From Thecamonas trahens ATCC 50062 (Eukaryota; Protista; Apusomonadida): a stretch of 64,000 nucleotides of DNA. The stretch lies in NCBI RefSeq assembly GCF_000142905.1, contig NW_013657677.1, forward strand, positions 458,024-522,023, read 5' to 3'. A program made the translations under genes and the position numbers. Under the pieces are notes generated by a model. The model saw only the letters and a list, made by a program, of their open reading frames with translations, was not told where the DNA came from and made no database searches. Shown here in pieces: positions 9,869 to 21,716 of the stretch; within the stretch, counting starts at the first letter, position 1; each line of letters opens with the position of its first letter.

Positions 9869-12800
9869 ATGGCACAGGGCATGCTGCGAACGCACGGCAG
9901 TGTGCTGGAGGAGGTGAACGGGCGAGATGGTCGGGCGTCGCATCCGGTGACGCCGACGAAGGAGGCGATGGCGCTCGGTGGCGGGCTGGCGACCGAGACA
10001 TTCTGGTCGCCGATGGGCGAGGCTGGGGACGCGGTCTCGGTCGCATCGTCGTGCTGGTCGCCGGACAGCAGCAACGCGAGGCAGGGCGAGGCCGAGACTG
10101 ACGGCTCGTTGCTCTTCTCGGCGTCGTCGTCGTCAATTCTGGTCGAGTCGCTGTTCTCGTCGCCAGACGGTGGCAACGTGAGAGGCGGCGCCGGCGCCGC
10201 CGATGGCGGCAGCTCGCTGGACTTTCCGCTGTTTGAAGTCCGGTCTGGCTCACCGCCGGCATCGCCGAATGCCGACAAGGAGCCGTGGACGGCCTCGGTC
10301 TCATACTCGGTCTCGCCGTCGGTCTCGCCGTCTCTGCGTGAGGTGCGGCGCGAGGCCGCGGCACTCGGCAGCAGCAGCCTCCCGCGGATGAGCCACGCGC
10401 AGATCTCCAGCCTCCCGCACGCCACTCAGGTCGCGTACATGACCATGCAGCGTGCAGCGCTGGCAGCGGCCGAGGCGCAGCTCGCGCTCGAGTCACTCGC
10501 GGTCCAAGGCGGCTCGCAGGGCGCCCTCGACCGGCTAGCGCAGGTGCTCGAGGCAAAGAACGCCGAAGCCCGGAAGCAGCTGGCCGCTTTCGAGGCTGCG
10601 TACGGACGGACGCTGGCGCCGGCAGCGCCGCAGACGTATGACAGTGCGTGGATCTGCGCCCAGGCGCCGGCTACGCCCGAAATGCACTCGGGCGGGCACC
10701 TCCCGCTCGGGCTCAAGACCCACGAGGCGTTCCGGGCCGACGCGGAGCTGGGCGATGAGTTTGAGCTCGTCGACAGCGATGCAGTCTCTGGGCCAGGTAG
10801 CGTGGTGCTGATGCAGGAACGGACAACAGGAGTGGAGGTTCTGGTGCGGAGCTTCCGCACCTCGACGCCGCACGAATGGCACGCGCTCATCCGGCACCTG
10901 TCGGCGCTGCAGCGACTGAGCCACCCGGCGGTAGCGCGGCTGGTGGCCTTTTACCGCAGCGGCGGCTCGCGGACAAGCTGGCAGGTGGCGGTCCCGGCTG
11001 TGGCACACGCGTCAGTGAGCCGTTGGATGGCCGAGCTCGCCGAGTCGGCGCACACGGCGCGGGCGCAGCACGAGATCAAGCTCACATTTCTGCGGCAGCT
11101 TGCGAGCGCCGTCCACTACGTCCATGAAGCCGGCATTGCCGGGCTCAACCTCACCACTCCCGGCGCCGTGGTGGTCACTGCCGACGGCTCGCCGGTGCTC
11201 TGCGACTTTAGCGCGTCGTCCGACCCGGTCAACTCGCTGAGCAATACGCCGACCCGGGAGCTTGCCGTGCCGAGCGGTGGCGGCGACGCGCTGCTGCCGG
11301 CGCGGGCGCGCGATCTCGCAGAGCTCGGCGACCTCGCGGTGGCCCTCTTTGCCGAGCTCACCGGAGGCGGGCCGGTGGTCCGGGTCGACGGCGAACGGGC
11401 GGTGTGGGCGGCGAGGAGAGTGGCGGCCGAGGCACCGCTCCTCGCCTCGTTCCTCGCCTATCTCCTGCAGCCGACAAGCCAGCTCGAGGCGGCGCTGGCG
11501 AGCGTGCCCGGCGCTGGCGGAAGCATCCTGCTCCGGCATCCGCTGTTTGTGGCGCCGGTCGCGCCCAGCATCGGGTGCGAGCCGTCGGCGTACAACGCGA
11601 AGGAAGTCCGACTGGTGGCGCTGTTCAAGAAAATCCGCGCGCGAGTCTACAACGCCGGCAGGGCCAAGGTCGGCAAGATCATCATCCGGCGGATGTACCT
11701 AGTCCGCGACGCGCTCAACGTCTTCCAGAAAATTGCAGTCCTCGACCGGCCTGACTGGTGCTTCCGGCTCAACGTGGCTTTTGACGGTGAGCGCGGCGTC
11801 GACGCCGGTGGGCTCTCGTCGGACATGTTCACCCACGTCTTCCGTGCCCTCATCCACACACCGTTTCCGTACCGGTCGGCGCGGAGCAGTGCCGGCGACG
11901 ACGACGACGACGAGTTTGGCAGCGTGCCCGGGGGCTATGTCAAGTTCCGCGGCAAGCCGCTGTTTGAGGTTGCCGACGGTGGCGCCATGCCTGTGGCGCT
12001 CCCGCTTGGCGAGCCCTGCATCGACGCGGTCATGGACGCGCACGACATGGCCAAGGCGTTCCATTCGATCGGGCTTGTCCTCGGCAAGTGCTTTCTCGAC
12101 GGCTTCCTCATCGAAGACGTCTTTGCGCGCCCGCTGTACAGCTACCTCCTTGCGGCAGCACCGGCTATGGCCGGATGCAAGCTGGCAGCGGCCGGCGGCG
12201 AGGCAGAGATGCTGAGCGCGCTGTCGGCGGCGGCGGCCGAGACGAGCGCCAAGCTCGCGCTTGGGCTCGACGACCTTGCGGCGTTTGATCCTGTCAAGGC
12301 CGCGGCGCTTGGCGAGCTACTCAACGTAGCCGCGCCCGAAGAGCTGTACCTCTCGTTCCTCGATGTGGCGCCCGGGGCCAAGAGTGGCGGGACGGTGACG
12401 CGCGAGCGGACGTCGGCGTACGTGGCGGCAGTGGTGAGGCACGACTTGCTTGGGCGTGGGCGAGCCGAGTCGCTGGCGGCCATTGCGTGTGGATTCTATG
12501 ACGTCATTGCGCCGCTTCTTGGCGACGAGATGGTCCTTCTCTCGCCGACGTCGCTGCAGGCGCTCCTCTGCGGCGCCAAGGTTGTCGACGTGGAGGAGGT
12601 GGTAGCCAAGCTCGAGTTTATCGAGTATCCTGATGACGAGACCGCGAGCCTTGCAAAGGCGCAACTCGTCGCGGTCCTCCGCAAGTGGGGTACTGAGGCG
12701 ATGCAGCACGTTAAGGCGTTCCTCGAGTACGCCACGGCAGCGCCGATGGTGCCCGAGGGTAAGATTCGCGTGCAGCACGTGGCGGCGAGCGAGCTGCTGC

Positions 12801-12922
12801 CGGCGGCTCACACCTGCCATGCGGTCATCGACCTCCCACTCTACGGGTCGACCGACGAGCTCGAGGCCAAGTTCCTCACCGCGTTTGACAACGGGCTTGG
12901 ATCCGAGTTTGGGCTCGCATGA
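9869..12922 (+). CDS. Pseudokinase-HECT E3 ubiquitin ligase fusion
   Basis: Kinase-fold remnants: LQRLSHPAVARL, LRQLASAVHYVHEAGI, LCDFS, LLRHPLF. HECT motifs: F.GERGVDAGGL..DMF, LPAAHTC..IDLPLY, terminal FGLA. Confidence 0.88.
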   Translation: MAQGMLRTHGSVLEEVNGRDGRASHPVTPTKEAMALGGGLATETFWSPMGEAGDAVSVASSCWSPDSSNARQGEAETDGSLLFSASSSSILVESLFSSPDGGNVRGGAGAADGGSSLDFPLFEVRSGSPPASPNADKEPWTASVSYSVSPSVSPSLREVRREAAALGSSSLPRMSHAQISSLPHATQVAYMTMQRAALAAAEAQLALESLAVQGGSQGALDRLAQVLEAKNAEARKQLAAFEAAYGRTLAPAAPQTYDSAWICAQAPATPEMHSGGHLPLGLKTHEAFRADAELGDEFELVDSDAVSGPGSVVLMQERTTGVEVLVRSFRTSTPHEWHALIRHLSALQRLSHPAVARLVAFYRSGGSRTSWQVAVPAVAHASVSRWMAELAESAHTARAQHEIKLTFLRQLASAVHYVHEAGIAGLNLTTPGAVVVTADGSPVLCDFSASSDPVNSLSNTPTRELAVPSGGGDALLPARARDLAELGDLAVALFAELTGGGPVVRVDGERAVWAARRVAAEAPLLASFLAYLLQPTSQLEAALASVPGAGGSILLRHPLFVAPVAPSIGCEPSAYNAKEVRLVALFKKIRARVYNAGRAKVGKIIIRRMYLVRDALNVFQKIAVLDRPDWCFRLNVAFDGERGVDAGGLSSDMFTHVFRALIHTPFPYRSARSSAGDDDDDEFGSVPGGYVKFRGKPLFEVADGGAMPVALPLGEPCIDAVMDAHDMAKAFHSIGLVLGKCFLDGFLIEDVFARPLYSYLLAAAPAMAGCKLAAAGGEAEMLSALSAAAAETSAKLALGLDDLAAFDPVKAAALGELLNVAAPEELYLSFLDVAPGAKSGGTVTRERTSAYVAAVVRHDLLGRGRAESLAAIACGFYDVIAPLLGDEMVLLSPTSLQALLCGAKVVDVEEVVAKLEFIEYPDDETASLAKAQLVAVLRKWGTEAMQHVKAFLEYATAAPMVPEGKIRVQHVAASELLPAAHTCHAVIDLPLYGSTDELEAKFLTAFDNGLGSEFGLA

Positions 12923-12968
12923 CGAGCGGTCGAGTGTAATGTTCAAGTGTAAAAGCCATGATGTGCTA

Positions 12969-14070
12969 TCATGCGAGCTTGAAAAAGGCGTGGGTGAGGG
13001 CAGCGGCGGCCGAGGGACGGTCGGCTGAGACCGGGGCGAGCAGTTGACGGGCAAGGTCGGCGGCGGCAAGCCGGACCTTGCTGCCGCCAAATGCATTAGG
13101 ATCGGCGGCGGCAGCAGCGAGCAGAGCCTCGATGGTGGCGGGGTTGGAGCGGACGCCAAAGTCGTCGAGAGTGTCAGAAAAGAGACACTCGCCGAGCATG
13201 ACGCCGACCGAGTACATGTCTGCAGCGAGGGTGTAGCCTCGGACACGCGAGAAGAACGACTCGTCGTCCTCGTCGTCGTCATGAACCGTGTCCATGGCCT
13301 CAACCTCGGGCGCCATGTACCCATGCGTCCCGATGCACGAGTAGTGGCCGTGGCGGGTGTTGTAAAAGGTGGAGATGTCAAAGTCGATGAGATAGACGGC
13401 CGAGGTGTCGGCGTCGATGACCACGTTGTCGGGTTTGACGTCGCGGTAAATGATGCCAGCGTCGTGGAGGATGGAGAGCGCGGTGAGCACGGCCGAAATG
13501 TAGTGGGCAACGTCAGCCATCGAGTCGCAGTCGACGCCGCGGGCATGGATGAACGGCGTGACGGTGGCAAAGCACTCGGTCTCGGGCATGGCATGCCACG
13601 AAACGAGTGGAATGATGGGGACCTGCGGGAGGTCAAGAAGCGATGCGGTAGCTGCAGCAGCCTGCATCAGTTGGACAGGCAGCGGCGGGCGAAGGGCGTC
13701 GACAGAGGTGGTCGACGCGCGGGTGGCCTTTTCCTCGGCGCGCGCCACGTACTCAAAGTACTCGGGATCGCGGATGACCTTGACCGCAACCTCCGGGCCG
13801 CGGTGCGAGCCAAACTCGGCCTCGCCGGGCTGGGCCCGCATGTAGGCGCGGTAGACGACGACGTCAGTCCCGGTGTGGATCCGCTCGCGGAAGATGTAGT
13901 CGTCGTTGAGTAGAAAAATGTTGTTCTCGTCCTCGCGTGTAAACTCGGTGACATCGGTAGCTCCATCGTTGCCACCGTCGTCTACCGCTGCGTCGGCTGC
14001 TATGCTTGCGTCGGGCGCGAGGATGGGCTCGATGTCATGCGGCGCCGACGACTCGAGCGCCGACGACGAT

Positions 14071-14101
<31 letters not shown>

Positions 14102-14552
14102 ATGGTGATGAAGCAGCGGAAGAGAATGCAGAGGACGACGGGCGAGGGAGAGGCGAGGCTGGCGGTGAGGCCGATCGTGAGCACGCCGAGTCTGACGAAG
14201 ATAACGTTGGATGGCTTTGCGGATGGCCGGCGTCGCTGGCCGACACAAAACCGTTGCCGTGGTAGGGTGGAGGGTCCGAGCGCCGGGCGCGATCCTTGAT
14301 TGCGGCTGGTGAGACCGGCGGCGCGTGTGCGTTGTCGGCAGCAGCCCTGTGTGCCCGCTGAGCCTGAGCAGGAGAGAAGGCGACCGAGGAGACACGAATG
14401 GGTCGCATGCCCGCCATGACGCCGGTATACGGTCCGTCATCGGCTTGGCGCGGTTTGTGGCCAGCAGGAGACGACCCAGGCTCGGGCGCCACACCCTTGA
14501 GCGGGCGTGGGTGTCCGGGCGGAGGAGCTGCCTTACTGGCCTTGCACCCCAT
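12969..14552 (-). CDS. Ser/Thr protein kinase with an N-terminal acylation motif
   Basis: MGCKASK start, VAVKVI, IYRDVKPDN, LIDFD, GTHGYMAPE, DMYSVGV, RPSAAAALTHAFF. Confidence 0.88.
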
Positions 14553-14760
14553 GGGTGGTGGTAGTAGGAGGGGGGAGGGGTGAGGGGGGGAGGGGGTGAG
14601 GTGAGAGGGGGAGGGGGGAGGGGAAGGGGAGGGGACAGGCACCGTCCGCCAACCGCTCGCCGGCTGCCACCCGACCGACCGACCGACTGACGATTCGGGC
14701 GCCAACCCGCTCGCCGGCTGCCCGAGTCGGTCGGCTGGCACTCCTTCACTCTCAGTCACC

Positions 14761-15994
14761 ATGGACGAGGCTTGGGAGAAGGGCAAGAACTCGGTGTCTG
14801 AAGATGATATGGGCATGGGCCCGACAGTGATTGAAGCAGACATGGTCGACATGGATGGCCTCTCCGCAGACGACGGGGGCCGACCATCGAGGGCGTGCCA
14901 CAGACCGTACGTGAGGAAGACGGGACGGCGAGGGAGGGGGACATCCACCGCCGAACGGGGGGATACCGGGAAGGCGGCGAGGAGGAGAAGGAGGAGGGGA
15001 GAGGGGGAAAGGGACTCGCGCGGGAGAGGGGGAGGGGGGGGGGGAGGGGGCAGGCGACATGGGGAGCGCAGCGCGGCTGTCGCGGTGCGTACAACTCATC
15101 GACAAGGGCGAGGGGCTACAGATTGAGGTCGTGGACGTCCCCGGTGGGGCGGTGCAGGTGACGGTGTTCGGCAGAGTCGGAGCGCCAGCGGTGGTGGCGT
15201 ACGGCGACATTGGGCTGGATGTGGGCCTCTCGTTTACGCAGTTCTTCAACTACATGCCGATCCGGCGGCTGCTCTTCCCGTACTTTGCCGTCTACGCCAT
15301 CGATGCGCCTGGGCAGGCTGCCGGCGAGGCCGAGATGGCGGCCGACGCACCGTATCCCGAGTTTGGCGAGCTGGTGGAGCAGGTCGGCGCGGTCATGGAC
15401 GCGTTTGGGGTGGAGAGCGCAGTGTTGATGGGCGTGGGCGCGGGCGGGACGGTGCTAACCCACTTTGCACTCTCTGCGGCGCACCGGGTCAAGGGCCTGG
15501 TGGTCATTGGAGCGACACACAAAGCGCCCGGGTGGCTCGAGTGGGCGTACTCGCACGCGTCGCAGTTCTGGCTCTCGTGGTGGGGCGTCGACGGGTACGT
15601 CAAGGACCAGCTAATGCAGCGGTACTTTACCTGGCGTGAGGAGGCCGACGAGGGCGGCCTGATGCGGCTGACGTACCAGGAGGCGTTGGCCAACGTCAAG
15701 GCGACCAACCTGTGGAAGTTTATCGCGAGCTACATGGCGCGCCCGCCGCTCGACGACGCGGCGCTCGCCAGTCTCACCACGCCGGTCATCTTCTTTGTCG
15801 GCCGTGACTCGTACTACTACGACGATGTCGTCGACTTTTTCGGCGCGTTCAACTCCGAGTCGGCCTCGTGGGTCCCGGTCTGGGGCGCAGGCAACATGGT
15901 CCACATGGAGATGCCGCAGGAGCTCGTCACTCCGCTGCGCCTCTTCTTCTACCGCTGCGGCCACGTGGCCTTTGGCCTTGCGCCGAAGGAGTAA
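14761..15994 (+). CDS. NDRG/Ndr-family alpha/beta hydrolase-fold protein; probable intron 14907-15121
   Basis: VVAYGDIGL, FTQFF, AIDAPGQ, YPEFGELVEQV, GVGAGG.VL.HFA, GWLEW, GNMVHME.P. The intron reads GTACGT...ACTCAT...CTACAG; splicing is in phase if one G is missing in the G-run at about 14875-14879. Confidence 0.85.
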
Positions 15995-16012
15995 AACTGC
16001 CGCATCCGCCGC

Positions 16013-16206
16013 TCACTTGCGCCCGGCCGAGTACTCGGCGAGCATGCTCTCGAGTACCGCCACCTTGGCCTTGTACTCATCGAGCGACTCGCGGAGCGTG
16101 GCGTTGTCGTGGAGCGCTCGCTGGAGCGCCGCTGCCGTCTCGGCGTGGCTCCGCGACACCCCGCCGGCGACGCCCGCAGGCGACGCCCGCCGCGCCGGTG
16201 ACCCGC
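16013..16206 (-). CDS. C-terminal fragment of a coiled-coil protein (rest lies in the gap)
   Basis: My translation ...TAAALQRALHDNATLRESLDEYKAKVAVLESMLAEYSAGRK* has a heptad pattern and typical codon usage. Confidence 0.6.
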
Positions 16207-16909
16207 NNNNNNNNNNNNNNNNNNNNNNNNNNNNNNNNNNNNNNNNNNNNNNNNNNNNNNNNNNNNNNNNNNNNNNNNNNNNNNNNNNNNNNNNNNNNNN
16301 NNNNNNNNNNNNNNNNNNNNNNNNNNNNNNNNNNNNNNNNNNNNNNNNNNNNNNNNNNNNNNNNNNNNNNNNNNNNNNNNNNNNNNNNNNNNNNNNNNNN
16401 NNNNNNNNNNNNNNNNNNNNNNNNNNNNNNNNNNNNNNNNNNNNNNNNNNNNNNNNNNNNNNNNNNNNNNNNNNNNNNNNNNNNNNNNNNNNNNNNNNNN
16501 NNNNNNNNNNNNNNNNNNNNNNNNNNNNNNNNNNNNNNNNNNNNNNNNNNNNNNNNNNNNNNNNNNNNNNNNNNNNNNNNNNNNNNNNNNNNNNNNNNNN
16601 NNNNNNNNNNNNNNNNNNNNNNNNNNNNNNNNNNNNNNNNNNNNNNNNNNNNNNNNNNNNNNNNNNNNNNNNNNNNNNNNNNNNNNNNNNNNNNNNNNNN
16701 NNNNNNNNNNNNNNNNNNNNNNNNNNNNNNNNNNNNNNNNNNNNNNNNNNNNNNNNNNNNNNNNNNNNNNNNNNNNNNNNNNNNNNNNNNNNNNNNNNNN
16801 NNNNNNNNNNNNNNNNNNNNNNNNNNNNNNNNNNNNNNNNNNNNNNNNNNNNNNNNNNNNNNNNNNNNNNNNNNNNNNNNNNNNNNNNNNNNNNNNNNNN
16901 NNNNNNNNN
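16207..16909. other. Assembly gap (N run)
   Basis: N run followed by a poly-G tract. Confidence 1.
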
Positions 16910-17294
16910 GGGGGGGGGGCGGCAAAGGGAGGGGGGAAACGGGGGGGTTGTGGGGGGGGGGGTGGCGATGGCGTCGTGGGGGGAGGGCGATGTGGCTGGC
17001 GTGGGGGCAGGGCTGGCTGTGGCCGGAGTGTGCGATCATTTATTTTCCGACGATGAGATGTCCGCCGTACAGATGGCGGAGAGATGGATGATGGGTGAGG
17101 TTGAGGATGGGGAAGCCGGTGGAGAAAGGTGAGCGGCGGGCGTAGGTGATGGTGTGACGGGGGAGGGAGGGGAGGGGAGCTGTTGGGATCCGATCGTACT
17201 ACGGTTGGTGCGGCCAGTCGGCGGAGCGGTGTCCGTCCGAGGCACGGGCGCGGTCATGGTGTCCCACACCTATCTCACCCCTCTCCCCGCCGCT

Positions 17295-17882
17295 ATGACC
17301 AAGACCGCCAAGCCGCAGAGCGGCAAGAACCCCATGGGCATTGTCTCAGTCGTCATGCTCAACTTGCCGTTCCCTGCGGTCATGCTTGCCGTGGACGCCC
17401 TCGGCTACATGGCGACGGCCGAGGCGGCGCTGCAGGGGCTCGTGCCTGGCGGACAGCTGACGTCACTGGCGGCGTTTGGCATGGGGGCCATCGCCTTCCA
17501 TCTGCTTAACGGCTGGCTCGGGGCGTGCGTGAACGGGGCGCGTGCGGCGTACGACGTCCCGTGGCCGCACGCTTACGCACCGACCGACAACAAGCACAAG
17601 ATCCTGTTCGACTCAACGCAGCGGGCGCACCAGAACACCGTCGAGGGCGCTGTCCCGCTCCTGGTCTCGTTCCTCCTCGCCTCGCGCTCGTACCCGGCCA
17701 TCGCGCTGCTTTGCTTCCTGACCTTTATCGCCTCGCGCATCCCCTTTGCCCTCGGCTACATGTCGGGCATTGTCTCGCGCAAGGACTCGGGCGTCTTTGG
17801 CTACCCGCTGGGCAAGATGCCGCTCTTTGGCCTCGCCGTCGTCACCGTCGTCGACGCCGTCGTCCACGGCACCGATTGGTGA
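17295..17882 (+). CDS. MAPEG family protein (microsomal glutathione S-transferase 3-like)
   Basis: V.GARAAYDVPWP..YA, F..TQRAHQNTVE, SRIPFALGY, and several TM helices. Confidence 0.88.
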   Translation: MTKTAKPQSGKNPMGIVSVVMLNLPFPAVMLAVDALGYMATAEAALQGLVPGGQLTSLAAFGMGAIAFHLLNGWLGACVNGARAAYDVPWPHAYAPTDNKHKILFDSTQRAHQNTVEGAVPLLVSFLLASRSYPAIALLCFLTFIASRIPFALGYMSGIVSRKDSGVFGYPLGKMPLFGLAVVTVVDAVVHGTDW

Positions 17883-18524
17883 CCATCGACCTACCCCTGC
17901 CCGTGCTCGCTCCCTGTAAAGTGCTTGGCTGCCAGCAGGCGGCGGGTCTTCTCCCGCGCCGCCGCGATCCTCCTGCTCCCTCCCACCGTCCCCACCGCCC
18001 CGACATCCTCGCTGCTCTGCGTGCTGCCTCCAGAGCTCGGCGGCGCTGCGAGCGCAGCACGGACGACCCGCATCTGCTCAACCACCGAGCCCGAGCCGGC
18101 CACCGGCCGGAGAGCACTGACCGGACGCCACCAACCGCCACCTTTGCCACCCAAGCCGCGTGCCGCACCACTCCCATCGAGCAAATGAAGACAGATGCGG
18201 GTGCCGGTGCCGTAGTGTCGGTCGCCCGCCGTCGTCCCGACTCGGTCCCGTCGCAATCATGTGGTCGGGCATGTCGCGCTGCCGGCTGCGGGGGCCACGG
18301 GACCGGCGATGAGCGCAGACACACGGATCCCGCCCCCCTTCTGTTGCCATGTCTAGCTTTATGTGGCCATGTGTGGCCATGATGCCTCCAATCGCCGCCC
18401 CCCCCCCTCCTCCTCTGCGCCAGCCCGGCGTACCCTCTGCCTCCTTGTTGGCGCCAACCGCGGCCACCAGCCACTCTCTCACGCCGACGCTCTCCACCGA
18501 CACACCCCTCGCCCTCCCCACACC

Positions 18525-21500
18525 ATGGAAGGGGCACATGCAAGGGTGCCTCCAAACAGCCGGTCGGCGCTTGTGCTGCGCGACGCATGGGGTGGGCTTC
18601 CTGACGCACCCTTTGCCGCTGCCGCCGACGGGCGCGCGCTGACCATCGCTGTGGGCGTGGGCGCTGCAGCGGTGGTGTGGACGCTCACGAGATCCGCGGC
18701 ATGCGCAAAGGCCATGGTTGCTCCTCCATCAGAACTCCAGCTTGTGCCGCAAGTGGATGCTCGGCGAGACACCGAGCTGCCGCCAGTCGTGCCGCCGTCG
18801 CCGACGCTGGCGCTCATCCTTCCGCCGCGCGACGACCTGCTTGTTGCCGTGGCGGCCGCAGGCACCCTAAGCGTCTACTGCACACGGACTGCGGCGCTTG
18901 TGAGCTCGCTGGAACTGGCACCGCCATCGTTGCGGGCTGATCCGGCCGCAGGCCTGCGGCCGACCGCTGCGATTGCTGGCGTCGCGCACTGCACCTTTGA
19001 GCCATCGGGCGTGACCGTGCTCGCCATTGCGGTCCGCGGCGAGCTTGTGCTCGCGGTGCTCGACGATCCAGCCGGTGACATTCTCCTCTTCCCAGCGATC
19101 CCGCTCCCGGCGCCGTTTTCATCGCAGGTGCCGTTGGCTGGCACCTGCATGGCAATGGCGCCACGTGAGTCCTCAGCGCTGTGGATCGGACTGCTCGGCG
19201 GCGGCGCGCTGGTCGAGGTCATTGTTCCGCTCCCGCTGCCCGACCGGGCCTCGATGCCTGATGCGCTGAAAAGAGTGCAAGTAGGGCGGCGGATCGCGCC
19301 AGAGGTGGCCAGTGTGCCCGGTGCCACTCTTGGCTTTGCACCCAGCGCCGGTCCGTTTGTGGCGTCGTCCGACGGCCGTGTGGTTGACGCTCACGGGCGC
19401 GAGCTCGAGCTCGATCTCGAGCTGGCAGGTTACAGCCGCGACCAGGTCCGCTCCGCAGTAGTGGTAGCTGGCGCGTACAGCGTTCTCGCACTCACACTTG
19501 ACGACAATCGGCTGGTTGTTGCGAGTGCTGCGTCTTGTGAGGCGCTGCACGACGTTGTTGTGAGCCTTGACGCCGGCGCGGTCGTGGAGACTGTGTCGGC
19601 ATGTGGGCCAGAGTGGCTGGTTGTTCAGACATCGACTGGCGCCATGCACGCGTATTGCGCAGAGAGCCGAGCGTGGACAGGCATTCCGCTGTCGTGGCCG
19701 GCCGAAGGCGCACAGCTCGGTGCAGCCGATGGTGTTGGCGTTGTCCTCTTTGGCAGCGGCGAGGTTGTGCAGGCGTGGGCGCGTCGCGGCGGGCGGCTGC
19801 AGTATGTGCGCGGTGATATGCGCGGGACAGTGGCGCCGAGCCTGGTGGCGGGCGGGGGTCGTGGCCTGAGCAAGACCGTCGAGGCTGCGGCTGCCGCCTT
19901 TCTCTCTCCACAGTATTTGGTGACCGGCGACGGCTCAGGCTACATCCGCCTCCTGGCACTTGACGGGCCACAGGCGCAGTGTGTGGCGACAGCGCGCCTG
20001 GCGTCTGGATACGGTGTCGTTGCGCTCGCCGCTAGCGCGCGCACCAGTGTCCACGCCGCCACCTTTGTCACCCTTGACGCCGCGCACACGCTGAGTGTGT
20101 GGTCGGCATCTGAGGTCCCTGCGCTCGCGCAGCGGGCGACAGTGCGGCTGGGTGAGCCCGGGGCGGCAGCTGATGCGGCGGCGTGGGCAGCAGTGCCAAC
20201 GCAGATCACACCCCTCGCCCCAGCGCCGTTTCTCGCTATGGTGCCGATGGCGGCCGGCAATGTCCGTGCCGCGCTTGCGCCGCTCGGAGCACGCGAGCAC
20301 ATTCTTGTCTCGCGTGACGCCAGCTGCCTCATCCACTACGGCGTGAGTGGGATTGGCGGCGATGCTGAGCTTGTCCGACTCGCCAGCTACGAGACCAACG
20401 AGGTGTGGGCTGGTTGGCAGGTAGTGACCGGCACTGCTCTGGCTGCTGCGATTGAGCTGGCAGTCGGTGGCACGCTCACGCTTACGCTGGTGGATCTGAG
20501 CCAACTTGCTGTTGTCCGGCGTGTCGAGCTTGCGCTTCTTCCTCGCTCGTTCTCGACCGGCCTGCATACCTTTCGATGGGCGCTACATCCGCTTTCGCTC
20601 GGCATTCTGGTCCTCGTGCGCAACGGTGAACCGTGGGTCCTGGACAGCACCGGCGTCTCGCCGTTCCCCACCGCTGCGTCGGGGCACATTGTTGATGTCC
20701 GCTACGTTCGCAAGGTCTCGGGCGGGCTCGCAGTAGTCGCCGTAGACGCCGATGGTGTGCTCTGGATCCATGCACCTGGTACCAGCGGTCCATGTCCAGC
20801 ATGGGCGTCGACCGATCAGGCGCTGGCACTCATGGCGGCGGCGTTTGAGCCGGTCGGCGGGCACTGGGGCGGGGATCTAGGGGCAGACGCAGCCGGTAGC
20901 TATCGCTGCGAGGGTCAAGTAGAGGAAGGAAGCGACGGCAGGTCTCAGGGCTGGTATGGCCCGGACAGGGTCGGGGCCGACGGTCGCAGCGGTCATGGCG
21001 GGCACACTGGCGGAATGGGGCCTGGGTTCGGTCCGCCGTTCCACTTTGGAAGCCATCCTGGCTTGTATCCAGGAGGCTGGGGCCATGCCGGAGGCTTGAG
21101 CGTTGGTGCTGGCGACGGCCACAGCGTCCAGACTGCGACGGGCCGAAGCAACCAAGGTCTTGCTACAGGCGGTGGCCATGGGTCCGCCGGCCATAGTGTC
21201 CAGCCTGGGCCACACACCAGCGACCGGGACGATGGTGCTGGCGGCGGCCACAGCGTCCAGACCGCGACGGGCCGAAGCAACCAAGGTCCCACTGCAGGCG
21301 GTGGCTATGTACCCGACGACCATTGCGTGCAACCCGACATCCATCAGGATGCTGTCGCAGATGTGAAGACCCAGATCACCCCGCGCGACGATCCTCTGAT
21401 GGGAACCAGCCATGGTGCTCAGGAGCGAGCATCAGCCATGGCATCGTCTTCAGCAGCAACGGCGAGCGAAAGTGTGACCTCTCTGAGATCGTCTGGTACA

Positions 21501-21685
21501 CGCGATGCAAACCAGGCTTCCCTGCCGAGGGCGGTGTCGTTTGATGACGGACCGCGACAGGGTACGGCCAGCGTGCCGCGGACCGTGGCTGAAGCCAAAC
21601 CAGAGAACATGCAGCGCGCGACCGGCCGTAGGGCTCCGTCTGCTAGCCCAGCCCCCGTTCCACCGCTGTTGCCGTCACCGTCACC

Positions 21686-21716
<31 letters not shown>

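Noticed and set aside
9421-10425. N-terminal extensions in the ORF track (MCM5, AGC kinase, RasGEF, MORN1, CorA, AOAH)
   Set aside because: They translate promoter C-tracts, microsatellites or the neighbouring gene's antisense strand. Homology starts at downstream ATGs.
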